Of a stretch of DNA of 64,000 nt, positions 29,537 through 39,505 are shown piece by piece. This DNA comes from Patescibacteria group bacterium (lineage in GTDB: Bacteria; Patescibacteriota; Dojkabacteria; J137). How positions within the stretch are numbered: the first letter of the stretch is position 1; each line of letters begins with the position of its first letter. Under the pieces are notes generated by a model. The model searched no databases, was not told the origin of the DNA, and worked only from the letters and a program-made list of their open reading frames with translations. The DNA lies in contig CAUJCN010000001.1 in NCBI GenBank assembly GCA_963169855.1, positions 81,828 through 145,827 of the forward strand. The letters are read 5' to 3'. A program made the translations under genes and the position numbers.

Positions 29537-30361
29537 ATGAATCACTTCGATAACTTACAACATAGTTTCGTAGACGCTTCTAAAGAAAACATTCAATTTG
29601 AATGGGGACAGATCACTATGGATGTTTCTAAGGGATGGTTAAGATTACAACTAGGGCAAGGTTACGAAGGAACAATTCAATTTGAAATTTCAGAGCAACA
29701 AGCTCAGGATGTGATATATGCAAAAGATGATTTTGCAGACTTTGGAAGGATGATAAGTTACCTAAAAGATATCGTTGCAACAAGAGCTCAGAAGGTGGAA
29801 TTTTTTTATGAAAGTGACCAGGTTTACGCTTTTACAATGATTCACTCTGCAGCGATACGAGAGTTTTTATCGGTACTAACGCCTGAAACTACCTTCGATG
29901 AACTAGAAGAATATCTGACTATTGCTTGTGATCTGCCAGGATGGGATATAGAGAAGGATGGGTTTTTATATGACATTGATTTTGTTTGGGGAGGAAATCT
30001 TTCCTTTTACGAGAATAAAGAGCCAGATTCTGACGGAATAGACGAAACAGTATCTTTGGACATAGTTTTAGGAAACGATACAACAGTTGGATTATCTTTA
30101 ACAATCAGAGATGAAGAATATAGATATTTAGTAGCGAGAGTTTCGCCCAACACTACATTCGAGGATATGTTTAGAGAAATTGTAATATTGAAACATGGGA
30201 AAGTGGGTTTTACAATTTATGATTCAGAAGAATACAGAGAGATGCCAGTTTCCCTTTCAGAAGAAGATTTCGATGCATTTACTACAATGCTGAATCCAAC
30301 CATTTCATACGAGGAAGCTACTTTAGCTCTTCCAGTAAGTGAAGGTAAAGACTTAACTTGA
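29537..30361 (+). CDS. Acidic hypothetical protein with weak internal repeats
   Basis: 274-aa ORF; TPETTFDE / SPNTTFED / NPTISYEE recurrences. Confidence 0.6.
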   Translation: MNHFDNLQHSFVDASKENIQFEWGQITMDVSKGWLRLQLGQGYEGTIQFEISEQQAQDVIYAKDDFADFGRMISYLKDIVATRAQKVEFFYESDQVYAFTMIHSAAIREFLSVLTPETTFDELEEYLTIACDLPGWDIEKDGFLYDIDFVWGGNLSFYENKEPDSDGIDETVSLDIVLGNDTTVGLSLTIRDEEYRYLVARVSPNTTFEDMFREIVILKHGKVGFTIYDSEEYREMPVSLSEEDFDAFTTMLNPTISYEEATLALPVSEGKDLT

Positions 30362-30879
30362 TCTTTGAATTGATCCAAGAATTTTCTAATTTTTGGATCA
30401 ATTACTATTCTGCAGTAAGGCTGATTTCTATTTTGATTGTAATAATCTTCGTGATATTCCTCTGCAGGGTAGAACTTCTCGAATTTATCTACTGTCGTTA
30501 CAATAGGATCTGGATAAATTTTTTCTCCGTCAACTCTTTCTATTACCTTTGTTGCCAACGACATTTCTTCTGCATCGTTAGTAAAAATTACAGATCTGTA
30601 TTGTGTTCCGAGGTCGTTTCCTTGTCTATTGAGAGTTGTGGGATCGTGAGTTTTCAGGAAGATTTCAAATATTGTTTCTAAATTGATAACAGAATCATCG
30701 TATTCTACCTTTACTGATTCAACATAATCCGTTAATCCTGAAGCTACTTGTTCATAAGTTGGATTGTCTTCCACTCCGCCACAGTATCCACTTTGTACAG
30801 AAGTAACGCCTTTAACTCTCTGGAAAACAGCTTCTGTACACCAAAAGCATCCTCCACCCAAAACTATTGATTTCGTCAT
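30217..30879 (-). CDS. msrA: Peptide-methionine (S)-S-oxide reductase MsrA with C-terminal extension
   Basis: GGGCFWC, HDPTTLNRQGND.GTQYRS, AEEYH..YY, PYC; start set at MTKSIV. Confidence 0.95.
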   Translation of the reverse strand: MTKSIVLGGGCFWCTEAVFQRVKGVTSVQSGYCGGVEDNPTYEQVASGLTDYVESVKVEYDDSVINLETIFEIFLKTHDPTTLNRQGNDLGTQYRSVIFTNDAEEMSLATKVIERVDGEKIYPDPIVTTVDKFEKFYPAEEYHEDYYNQNRNQPYCRIVIDPKIRKFLDQFKDQVKSLPSLTGRAKVASSYEMVGFSIVVNASKSSSERETGISLYSSES

Positions 30880-30914
30880 GATGTGAGATATAATCACCAT
30901 ATTGTAAATCTTTT

Positions 30915-32051
30915 ATGGAGACTAGTACAGTTGATAAAACAGAAATCGGAAAACCTCCTTTGGGTTATTCAGCATTTTTTCCTATCTATCGATTCGTAAA
31001 CCAGTTAATTCAAAATGATATCTATAACTCGGGAATAGAAGATCCCAACGAACTTACCGAATACTTAATAGATCATATTAAGGCAAGGTTAGAGGAAGAT
31101 TATAGAGAAAGCCCTGATTCTTTTTACGATATGTTACTTCCAGAATCTGGAAAGCATTACTTAGTTTTTCAATTAAGTGGAATTACATACGCAGTGAATG
31201 TTCTTCATGCTGTTAATCTCGATATTGATGAAACAACAAACGAACTCGTAACAAACAATGGACCTGAAATTATAATAATGGCTGAACAACCTCTAAGACT
31301 AGAAATTAGCAACAGGCGTTTTGTGATGCACGAGTATGAGAAAGGAACTTCCTTGAATTACATTGCTACACATTACGAGGATCAAACCATTTCCAGGACA
31401 ATATTCTTTGATTTATCTGAAAGTGTAATAGGAATTCAGGATTACACTTACTCTTTTCAGGAGGGTCAAATGGTAAAAGATACCCATACTTCAAGGATTG
31501 GACATTCAGATATTCATGCTTTAGAGTGGACAGAAACTTACATGAATCCGGATAAAAGCTGGTTTGATATACCAAATTCTTTAATCGGAGAGCCTGTTGG
31601 CAAACTATGGCTATACAGACAGACAAGAGGTGAACGGTTAGGAAAATTAACCGAAACAAGTTACACCTTATATGTAGCTGAAGAACCGTTATCATACAAG
31701 GAATTCCGTAGAAGACAGAAAGAAGGGGATTATTCAAGTATCTATTCAAAACACGAAAGACTTCCTGAAGGTGATTGTATAATGTCACACGTTTCCCACG
31801 AAGGAATTGAATATATTATACAAATCGATTCAATAAACGATAAAGTCGTTTGTAGTGTTAATAATGTAATTGTAGGAGAATTTAAGGCTGGTGACAGATC
31901 TTATACTTATCAACCACCTTATCATATGGAGTCTGGAGTTTCGGTAGTGTTAGACAGAAATGGGTACTCTTTTTATCTAGAGAATTGCTTAGTTACAATT
32001 CAGATTCAAGATGGCCACATTCCATACGCAAAACTCTTGCCAGCAGCATAA
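30915..32051 (+). CDS. Hypothetical protein
   Basis: 378-aa ORF; no motif recognised. Confidence 0.65.
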   Translation: METSTVDKTEIGKPPLGYSAFFPIYRFVNQLIQNDIYNSGIEDPNELTEYLIDHIKARLEEDYRESPDSFYDMLLPESGKHYLVFQLSGITYAVNVLHAVNLDIDETTNELVTNNGPEIIIMAEQPLRLEISNRRFVMHEYEKGTSLNYIATHYEDQTISRTIFFDLSESVIGIQDYTYSFQEGQMVKDTHTSRIGHSDIHALEWTETYMNPDKSWFDIPNSLIGEPVGKLWLYRQTRGERLGKLTETSYTLYVAEEPLSYKEFRRRQKEGDYSSIYSKHERLPEGDCIMSHVSHEGIEYIIQIDSINDKVVCSVNNVIVGEFKAGDRSYTYQPPYHMESGVSVVLDRNGYSFYLENCLVTIQIQDGHIPYAKLLPAA

Positions 32052-32090
32052 ATCTATCTTCTATTGTGTTAAAATTATAGAGCAAGTCAT

Positions 32091-32164
32091 GCACCATTAG
32101 CTCAACTGGATAGAGCATCTGTCTTCGGAACAGAAGGTTGGGGGTTCGAATCCCTCATGGTGTA
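32091..32164 (+). tRNA. tRNA-Arg (anticodon TCG), CCA not encoded
   Basis: Acceptor stem GCACCAT/ATGGTGT, D arm GCTC-AACTGGATA-GAGC, anticodon arm TCTGT-CTTCGGA-ACAGA, T loop GGTTCGAATCC. Confidence 0.95.
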
Positions 32165-32237
32165 TTCTTCAAAGTTTTGATATTTTCAGTTTTCTGCTAT
32201 CCTTAAGTAAATCGCATTAATTTTTACTATTTTTACA

Positions 32238-32834
32238 ATGTCAAACTTTAGTCTCGAACCAAATCCCATGACAAATCCTACTACCGAAACACCTATGTCA
32301 CAGCCTCAATCTCTTTTAGAAACAACTACAGCACCTCTTATAGATAATCCAACAGTTGAAGCACCCACTGCCCAACTTGTGGAAACTGTAACTCAAACAG
32401 CAGAAACACCTGCTCTAAAAGAAAGACCTTCAGAACCTGTCGCTGAATTACAAACTAAACTAAGAATTAAGTTTGTATCAATTGAAGAAGAGACATTACA
32501 AAAACTTGAAGCAGTACGTAAAGAAAAAGGTCTTAGAGGGGTCGATTACGCTGCACAAAACCTATTAAGATCACAAGGTGATATCCACAACATGAATGCC
32601 ATTAGGATAGCAGAGATATTAAATAGCTCCATGGATTTTAATAAGATGAACTTGTCAGGGAGAGATGCCGAATTCAGAGCAAATTTTTTTGATACACTTT
32701 TAGATAGGGCTGAAAGACTTAGAACTGCTTGCATAGATTTCACTTCATTAGAGGGCGGGACATCAGATTTATATTCAAAGTTAAGTGATTTGATCGCTTT
32801 CTTAACTCCTATCGTTCAAGGAGCTCAGGTTTAG
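32238..32834 (+). CDS. Hypothetical protein with P/T/E-rich low-complexity N-terminus
   Basis: 198-aa ORF downstream of the tRNA. Confidence 0.65.
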   Translation: MSNFSLEPNPMTNPTTETPMSQPQSLLETTTAPLIDNPTVEAPTAQLVETVTQTAETPALKERPSEPVAELQTKLRIKFVSIEEETLQKLEAVRKEKGLRGVDYAAQNLLRSQGDIHNMNAIRIAEILNSSMDFNKMNLSGRDAEFRANFFDTLLDRAERLRTACIDFTSLEGGTSDLYSKLSDLIAFLTPIVQGAQV

Positions 32835-32835
32835 T

Positions 32836-33408
32836 TTAAGGTTCTAATTGGGCGTATTCCATCTCGGGATGTGGATATTGCCCATTAAATCTTTCAGTAA
32901 ACTTTCTCCATTTTTGAGGAATTGTAACTGACATCTTTTTTAGTTCATTTTTTGATCCATTCAATAATGTTTCCCAGTCATTTTCTTTCAATTTAAGAAC
33001 CGAACCTTCCATTGAATAGAATACATCGCTACAAGTTTCAGTTACTTCAAGCAAATCTCCAATAGGTGCTTTTAAAGCATACTGAACAATATCAATGCCT
33101 GAATTGGAAAAATAATCTTGAAAATTTTTCATTTTATTTTCGAACATTTTTCCTAAAATTTGCTGCCTAGTTGGAGGATATCTTGTTGTTCCATTTTTCT
33201 TTTCGATAATAGCGTAAAGCTCTGAGACAATAACAGGAAAAGGAATATGAAAATGATGAGATTGATATTGGGTTAACAGCCAAAGAATTCTGAATGATTT
33301 TTCGTTTAAAGTAGCAAACAATTTCAATCTTTCCCATACAGGGCCATAAATTTTCCTTCTTAAAACTCGAGGAGATTCTTCCGAAGAGTGTTCGCGTACT
33401 TTATCCAT
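32836..33408 (-). CDS. Hypothetical protein
   Basis: 190-aa ORF; TAAAAT 7 nt upstream of the ATG. Confidence 0.6.
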   Translation of the reverse strand: MDKVREHSSEESPRVLRRKIYGPVWERLKLFATLNEKSFRILWLLTQYQSHHFHIPFPVIVSELYAIIEKKNGTTRYPPTRQQILGKMFENKMKNFQDYFSNSGIDIVQYALKAPIGDLLEVTETCSDVFYSMEGSVLKLKENDWETLLNGSKNELKKMSVTIPQKWRKFTERFNGQYPHPEMEYAQLEP

Positions 33409-33467
33409 CTTTAAGATTTTATATCTCGAGATTAGGTTCTGTAAACGAACTATAGTAAAATATTTAT

Positions 33468-33668
33468 ATGTTCATGGAATTTCTAACATCATTGTGGCAC
33501 TTCATTAAATGGTTCCTTCGAGGACTTGGAAGTCTACTTTTATGGGTAGTCGACAAAATAATGATTCTTGTTTGGGGAATTCTCGATATGATTACAGATA
33601 TTCTTGTTGCAATCGATTTTACAGGAATACTTGCAGATCTTTTTGATAAGAAGGATAAAGTAGAGTAG
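33468..33668 (+). CDS. Small hydrophobic/amphipathic protein
   Basis: 66-aa W/L/I-rich ORF; TAAAAT 6 nt upstream. Confidence 0.6.
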   Translation: MFMEFLTSLWHFIKWFLRGLGSLLLWVVDKIMILVWGILDMITDILVAIDFTGILADLFDKKDKVE

Positions 33669-34130
33669 TTATTGTTCTACTTCAACAACCTTCTTTCTGT
33701 TTTTCATAATTCCTACAATAGAAATTACAATAATTGCTATAAATGATGCCAACGACATCATTGGGATTGTAAGGAATCCAAACAACTCCAAAACAATTTC
33801 ATTGCAAGATTGACCTTGTGAACATGCTCCTAGAGCGCTTGGAACGCCTGTTTGTTCAATATAAACATGATAGGCTGCAACTGCTCCCCCAACTATTGAT
33901 AAAATCAAATAGAAAGGATATAACTTCTTTTTAAATACAACAGCCGCTGCTGCAATAAATGCAATTGGATACATAAAGTATCTTTGAACAATACAAAGCG
34001 CGCAAGGAGGTAAATTATATACGTATTGAAAAGTTAAACTTCCCATCATAGAAGCAAAAGCAATCAGAAAAATTGTAGTTTCTGAAAATACAAAATTGTA
34101 AATTGATTGAAAAAGTTTATTTGTTTTCAT
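33669..34130 (-). CDS. dsbB: Disulfide bond formation protein B (DsbB/BdbC family)
   Basis: PCALCIVQR motif, second Cys pair, four TM segments, FGFLTIP. Confidence 0.9.
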   Translation of the reverse strand: MKTNKLFQSIYNFVFSETTIFLIAFASMMGSLTFQYVYNLPPCALCIVQRYFMYPIAFIAAAAVVFKKKLYPFYLILSIVGGAVAAYHVYIEQTGVPSALGACSQGQSCNEIVLELFGFLTIPMMSLASFIAIIVISIVGIMKNRKKVVEVEQ

Positions 34131-35571
34131 CTAGTTTAGGAAATAAAATAATAACTTCTCGATTTTTTAAAGCTTCGATTGCTTTAGCTGTAGCCTCTGG
34201 AAGTATAGGTGAGTAGAGCGTATTTACAACACTTAACAGGTAACTTAAGTTGTTAAGAACATTTTCTACTTTAGCATTATCAGTCTCTAACCAAGGTTTG
34301 TTTTCATCGATATACTTATTTCCAAAAGTCGATAATTCGTTGATTGTGTCGGCCGCCAGTTTGATTTCGTATGCATCAAAATAACCTTCAACCTTGGTTC
34401 TAAATTCGTCAACTTGAGCTTTAAATTCTGAATCCACTTTTGCGTGATTATTAATCTCAACTTGTTTTTTATTCGAAAGATGAATTACTCTGTTTAGCAA
34501 GTTTCCGTAGTTGTTCCCTAGAACTCCATTGTATAAAGCTTCTAGTCTTTCGACGCTAAAATCCCCGTCATTTCCTAATTGGAATTCTGTTAGTAATGAA
34601 TATCTAATTGCATCCACTGGATATTTCTTTTTTAATTCGAGAGGATCGATTGCATTCCCATTACTTTTTCCTAGTTTAACTCCACCAACTGTAAAATGCC
34701 CGTGAACCAGAACTTGAGCAGGTAAAGGTAATCCAGCTGACTTCAACATTGCTGGCCATAAAATTGCATGAAATTTCAGAATATCTTTTCCTACAAAGTG
34801 TCTTGCCTCTGGCCAAAACTCATCTGTAAATCCTTTAGCTTTTACCTCGTCAAAATTAAATACTGATAAGTAGTTTGGTAATGCGTCGTACCATACATAA
34901 ATTGTCTGAGAAGGATCGAAAGGAACTGGAATTCCCCATTTTACTGATTCTCTGGAAATCGAAACGTCGTTTAAACCTTCCTTTACTAGCCCAACAACAT
35001 AGTCATACCATTTTGAAGGAAATACAAATTCTTTGTTCTGTTCTAGATATTCTAATAACCAGTCTTGGTATTTTGATAGTCTAAAGAAGTAATTCTTTTC
35101 TGAAAGTTGAACCAAAGTTTTAGTAGGGTGGTCTGGACATTTTCCATCAACAATCTCGGAGTCAGTTTTGAAAGATTCGCAACCTTCACAATACAAACCT
35201 TCGTAGCTTTTTTCGTAGATGTCTCCGTTATCAAATGATTTCTGTAGTAAATCTTGTGCAAACTTTTCGTGAACTGGATTAGTAGTTCTTATAAAAAAGT
35301 CATGGCTGATTCCTAAGTCTTTCCAAGTTTGGTCGTATAAAGCTGAAAGTTCATCCACAAATTCAATTGGTGTTTTACCAGCTGCTTCTGCAGACTTAGC
35401 TAACTTAGTTCCGTGTTCATCTGTACCTGTGAGGAAAAACACATTCTGATCCCCTAATTTGGCTCTAAAATACCTAGCCAATGTATCTGCAACGAATACG
35501 TTGTAGGCTGTTCCAATGTGAGGTGCACTAGTTGGGTAGAAAATTGGCGTTGTTATGTAAAACTTATTCAT
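34117..35571 (-). CDS. metG: Methionine--tRNA ligase (short form)
   Basis: FYITTPIFY, PHIGT, TGTDEHG, YCEGCE..CPDH, YVWYDAL, GKDILKFH, KLGKS. Confidence 0.97.
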   Translation of the reverse strand: MNKFYITTPIFYPTSAPHIGTAYNVFVADTLARYFRAKLGDQNVFFLTGTDEHGTKLAKSAEAAGKTPIEFVDELSALYDQTWKDLGISHDFFIRTTNPVHEKFAQDLLQKSFDNGDIYEKSYEGLYCEGCESFKTDSEIVDGKCPDHPTKTLVQLSEKNYFFRLSKYQDWLLEYLEQNKEFVFPSKWYDYVVGLVKEGLNDVSISRESVKWGIPVPFDPSQTIYVWYDALPNYLSVFNFDEVKAKGFTDEFWPEARHFVGKDILKFHAILWPAMLKSAGLPLPAQVLVHGHFTVGGVKLGKSNGNAIDPLELKKKYPVDAIRYSLLTEFQLGNDGDFSVERLEALYNGVLGNNYGNLLNRVIHLSNKKQVEINNHAKVDSEFKAQVDEFRTKVEGYFDAYEIKLAADTINELSTFGNKYIDENKPWLETDNAKVENVLNNLSYLLSVVNTLYSPILPEATAKAIEALKNREVIILFPKLDENK

Positions 35572-35643
35572 GGCTTTAATACCTTGTTTAAATATCAAAT
35601 ATTACAGTAATTGTAACATTTTCAGTCAAGTACCACAGCAGGA

Positions 35644-36261
35644 TCAGGAGATTCTATCGATAACCGCTCGTTGGTCTTCTGGAACAAGATACCTGTAGAT
35701 TTCTACTAAATCTCTTAATTTTTGTTGATCTCCAATTTCAGCACATTTTGCAGGATAAATTCCTATTAACTCTTTTGTATCGAATAGTCCTTGTGCAGAA
35801 TCTACGTTGTAAAGTCCGGGTAGTAAATATTCGTTTTTGTTCCAATTAACGGGCAATGTTATTAGGTTATTCTCTACATTGTAAGATTGAAGAATTTCTG
35901 GTGAACCCTCATTTAAGTAGTAATCAGTTATTCTAGAAGTGAAAAAACAATACTTGTCGTTAGATACTATCTTAATTGAAATATTGGATTCTTCTGGTTT
36001 GTTTTCAACACTAAATGTTTCCGAACCAACTTTAACCTCTTGCTTCTCAGTTCCTTCTACAATTAAAGAATCATACAGTTCTAGAGAATTTCCATTTACA
36101 TCAATTGGAGCATTTTCTAAGTTGAAGACCACAAAAGTATCGAAGTAGCTAATTCTGAAAATGGTTATTGAGTAGGAATACAAAACAACAAGTCCTGTAA
36201 TTAAGAATAATGGTAACCACCAGAAAAGAATTCTATATTTTGGACTTCTGAGCTTTATCAT
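35644..36261 (-). CDS. Hypothetical protein with N-terminal TM segment
   Basis: Hydrophobic aa ~11-35 followed by a soluble domain. Confidence 0.65.
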   Translation of the reverse strand: MIKLRSPKYRILFWWLPLFLITGLVVLYSYSITIFRISYFDTFVVFNLENAPIDVNGNSLELYDSLIVEGTEKQEVKVGSETFSVENKPEESNISIKIVSNDKYCFFTSRITDYYLNEGSPEILQSYNVENNLITLPVNWNKNEYLLPGLYNVDSAQGLFDTKELIGIYPAKCAEIGDQQKLRDLVEIYRYLVPEDQRAVIDRIS

Positions 36262-36285
36262 CTTTTTGTCTTTTGATCTTTTTTA

Positions 36286-36594
36286 TTATTCTTCTTTACT
36301 AACAATTTTACTTGTTTTTACGAATTTACCTTTCTTTCTTCCTTCAGTTGCATTCTGTAAAGCTTTTTCGGTATCTAAAGATGGTCTTACAATATCTTCC
36401 TGTAGAATGTTTCCTACAAAATCTTTCAAATGATGTTCTTCCTCGATTCCAGAAATATCCACGTTTTGAATAGACGAAACATATTCAAGAATGCTGTTAA
36501 ACTCGTTTGAATATTTATCTAATTCCGCTTCTGTTAGATTCAGTTTTGCTAATTTAGCAATGTGTTTTACTTCGTCTCTAGTAAGTTTAGCCAT
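36286..36594 (-). CDS. gatC: Asp/Glu-tRNA amidotransferase subunit C
   Basis: LTRDEVKHIAKLAKLNL...ILEYV...L.ED; alternative start at 36603. Confidence 0.9.
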   Translation of the reverse strand: MAKLTRDEVKHIAKLAKLNLTEAELDKYSNEFNSILEYVSSIQNVDISGIEEEHHLKDFVGNILQEDIVRPSLDTEKALQNATEGRKKGKFVKTSKIVSKEE

Positions 36595-36595
36595 A

Positions 36596-37963
36596 TTATT
36601 CAAGAACTAATTCTTCCTGTATAGTAGGAATTTCTGTATTTGTAACTCCAACTTCTGCTAATTCCTTCTGATAGGCTAAAGCTCTATCTGGTTCTGCATG
36701 GATAAGGAATACTTTCTTAAGTTTATCTGATCTAAGTCTATTAATCCAATCAATGTAGTCTCCGGAATCTCCATGAGCTGAGAAGCCTTTAAGATGATGG
36801 ATTTTTGCTCTTACTTTTAATGTCTTTGAACCAATTGTTACTTCCTTTTCACCTTCTGTAAGTTGTCTTCCCAAAGTTCCTTCTGCTTGGAATCCAACGA
36901 AAACTACTGAATGCTTAGGATTCTCTAATGCGAATGATAAGTGCTCCATAATTCTTCCTCCATCAGCCATTCCGCTTCCAGCCATAATTACTTGACCTCC
37001 TTTTCTAGAAATTTTCTGAGACTCTTTGTATTTTTTAATGTAATGAAGTCCTGGGAAATCAAATAAGTTACTTGCAGTACTGTCTAAAGCAGAAAAATAA
37101 ATTCGTGTAACTCTTTGTGCTAATGGACTATCCAACCAGACATCTAGTTCTTCTGCCAAAGTTCCTTTCTCTTTTGCTCTTTTAAAGTCGTTCAAAAGTT
37201 CTTGAGTTCTCTGAACAGCAAAACAAGGAATATACACTGATCCGTTTCTTTCAACTGTTTCGTTAATAATTCTGACCATTTCTTCAACAGAATCTTCCCT
37301 TTCTGGATGTCTTTCTCCTCCGTATAAAGACTCAGTAAGAACATAGTCAGGAGTTGCTTTAAAGTCTAAATCAAATGAAGGAATGATGTGCGATTCTTTT
37401 CTTCCGATATCCCCAGAGAAGAAAATACTCTTTTCAACGCCGTTATCCATAATTTTTACTTCGATACTAGCAGCTCCAAGAATGTGTCCAGCTATATGGT
37501 ATTTGATCTTTACACCATTAGCAGGTGAGAATTCTTCTTCAAAATCTACAGGCTTGAACAACATTATTGTGTTTTCTGCATCCTTAGTATTGTAGACAAT
37601 AGCTTTTAACTGAGTGTATTTTCCGTAGAAAACTCCAGTTTTAAAGTTCAATTCTTGAATCTTTGCTGAGTCTAAAAGCAATTCTGTAGAGATTCTGATT
37701 GAGTTGTTTGTAGCAAAAATTGGACCCCTAAATCCGTTTACGTAAAGCTTAGGCAACATTCCTGAGTGGTCTATATGGGCGTGGGTAAGAAGTACAAAAT
37801 CAACTTTAGAAGCGTCGTAAGAAAGAGGTTCTAAATTCAAATGTTCAACATCCGGACCTTGAAACATTCCGCAATCTACAACAAAAGAGCAAGTATCTGT
37901 AGTGACCAAATAGTTTGATCCAGTAACAGTTCCGGCTGCACCGCAAAATTTAATTTTAACCAT
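36596..37963 (-). CDS. MBL-fold beta-CASP ribonuclease
   Basis: GAAGTVTGS, DCGMFQG, THAHIDHSG, AGHILG, FSGDIG, GSGMADGGR, FSAHGD. Confidence 0.93.
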   Translation of the reverse strand: MVKIKFCGAAGTVTGSNYLVTTDTCSFVVDCGMFQGPDVEHLNLEPLSYDASKVDFVLLTHAHIDHSGMLPKLYVNGFRGPIFATNNSIRISTELLLDSAKIQELNFKTGVFYGKYTQLKAIVYNTKDAENTIMLFKPVDFEEEFSPANGVKIKYHIAGHILGAASIEVKIMDNGVEKSIFFSGDIGRKESHIIPSFDLDFKATPDYVLTESLYGGERHPEREDSVEEMVRIINETVERNGSVYIPCFAVQRTQELLNDFKRAKEKGTLAEELDVWLDSPLAQRVTRIYFSALDSTASNLFDFPGLHYIKKYKESQKISRKGGQVIMAGSGMADGGRIMEHLSFALENPKHSVVFVGFQAEGTLGRQLTEGEKEVTIGSKTLKVRAKIHHLKGFSAHGDSGDYIDWINRLRSDKLKKVFLIHAEPDRALAYQKELAEVGVTNTEIPTIQEELVLE

Positions 37964-38117
37964 ATCAATAAAAGATCAAAAATAATAAAGACGCAAAGGC
38001 TAAAGATCGAAACTGACAGACATTTGAAGCCACACTTTATTTTTCGTCTTTTATCTTCTATTTTTAGCGTCTTTCCTTATGAATAATACCAGAAAAATGT
38101 TAAAATTTCTCGATTAG

Positions 38118-38456
38118 ATGGGGATTATCGTGCTTAAAAAGAAGTTCAGATTAAAAACAGAAGATATAAAACTAGTAGCTTTCAAAGGAAAGAAGTTTTC
38201 TAGCGAATTGTTCGATATTAGAGTTTGGAATAGCACAGAGCTAAAAACACCGGTTATGGCTGTCTCAATATCTACAAAGATTTCTAAAAGATCCACAGTC
38301 AGAAATAGAATCAAAAGATTATTCAGAGAAGCTTTTAGAGTTTTGATCTCTGAAGGGAAATTGAAGCCAGCAAAATATTTAGTTATTGTTAGATCAGCTC
38401 AGCTTGAAGAAATGAAGAGTGGAGAAATAAAAAATTTAATTCTAAATACAATTTAG
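38118..38456 (+). CDS. rnpA: Ribonuclease P protein component
   Basis: LKKKFRLK...KISKRSTVRNRIKRLFRE RNR motif; the start may be the internal GTG. Confidence 0.9.
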   Translation: MGIIVLKKKFRLKTEDIKLVAFKGKKFSSELFDIRVWNSTELKTPVMAVSISTKISKRSTVRNRIKRLFREAFRVLISEGKLKPAKYLVIVRSAQLEEMKSGEIKNLILNTI

Positions 38457-38473
38457 ATAATCTGATTACTTCG

Positions 38474-39502
38474 ATGAAAAATGAATATTTTCAAAATACA
38501 AAAGAAAAATACACAAATAGGAGAATAATTCTCGCACTTGCCGGATTACTTGGATTAATTAACCAGTTACAAAGTAAAAATACTGTACTGGCTGCTTCTA
38601 AAGAAGACGATATGTGCGTTATTACGGATACAGGCGTAAATATTAGATCAGGCAGTTCCACCAGTCATAACATAAGAGGACAATTAGATCGTAATTCTGT
38701 AGGGACGCTTGTTAATGAAGCTAGTGGGGATAACTGGCACGAAATCGAAAACAACGGTATTACTGGATTTGTTTCTCCAGATTTCACAGAAGTTGGGTTA
38801 TGTGGAGATTTTATTGTAAAAAAAATGAACGAAAACCCAGATTTAGTTTACTTGGAAAGTAGAACCGTTGGCAATTTTAAGATTTTTGGAACCACAGATT
38901 ATCTTACTGACCAACAGATTATTAGACTTTCTGAACTAATAAAGTACTATACAATAAATTTACCTAAAAAGATTTTTCTAGAGGAAAGACCAATTATTTT
39001 TGTTTTTGCAAACAAGAATGATATTGGACCTATAAGTGCATATAGGAGTGGGGATATTGCAGGTCTTGCATCCTATCTAACTTTTAATGGTACATTTCTA
39101 AGTTCAAGCAAGTTTGGATATGGTGGCGATAGGTATTTGGCAGCCATAGTTTTTAATAAAATTACTACACATGGAAATGGAGAAGTGGAGTACAATCCTA
39201 TAGGCACCTTAGCTCACGAAATGGCGCATGTTTATCATCAACCCCACGTAGATGAAGGCAATCCAGATTTTTCCGCAGACGAATTTGGGCTTTATACAAG
39301 AGTAGCGTTAAATGGCAGGTACGATGATTTCGTCGAAGCATGTGTTTATGGATTTGAGAACTCTTATAATTATCCGCCTACACAAGATTACCATAAAGAT
39401 TTTTGCTTCGATGTTGCCATGGTTATGACAACTCCAGAAACTCCTGTACTAGATATAGTAAATCGTCATGGTGAGTCGGGGTATGTGTACGATGAACATT
39501 AA
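38474..39502 (+). CDS. Putative exported SH3b-domain protein with HExxH metallopeptidase motif
   Basis: Signal-like N-terminus; VNIRSG.S.....G.L......W.EI...GITGFVS (SH3b); TLAHEMAH. Confidence 0.7.
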   Translation: MKNEYFQNTKEKYTNRRIILALAGLLGLINQLQSKNTVLAASKEDDMCVITDTGVNIRSGSSTSHNIRGQLDRNSVGTLVNEASGDNWHEIENNGITGFVSPDFTEVGLCGDFIVKKMNENPDLVYLESRTVGNFKIFGTTDYLTDQQIIRLSELIKYYTINLPKKIFLEERPIIFVFANKNDIGPISAYRSGDIAGLASYLTFNGTFLSSSKFGYGGDRYLAAIVFNKITTHGNGEVEYNPIGTLAHEMAHVYHQPHVDEGNPDFSADEFGLYTRVALNGRYDDFVEACVYGFENSYNYPPTQDYHKDFCFDVAMVMTTPETPVLDIVNRHGESGYVYDEH

Positions 39503-39505
39503 AAT

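Noticed and set aside
32091-33408. tRNA-anchored genomic island
   Set aside because: No duplicated tRNA 3' end or integrase found in the window
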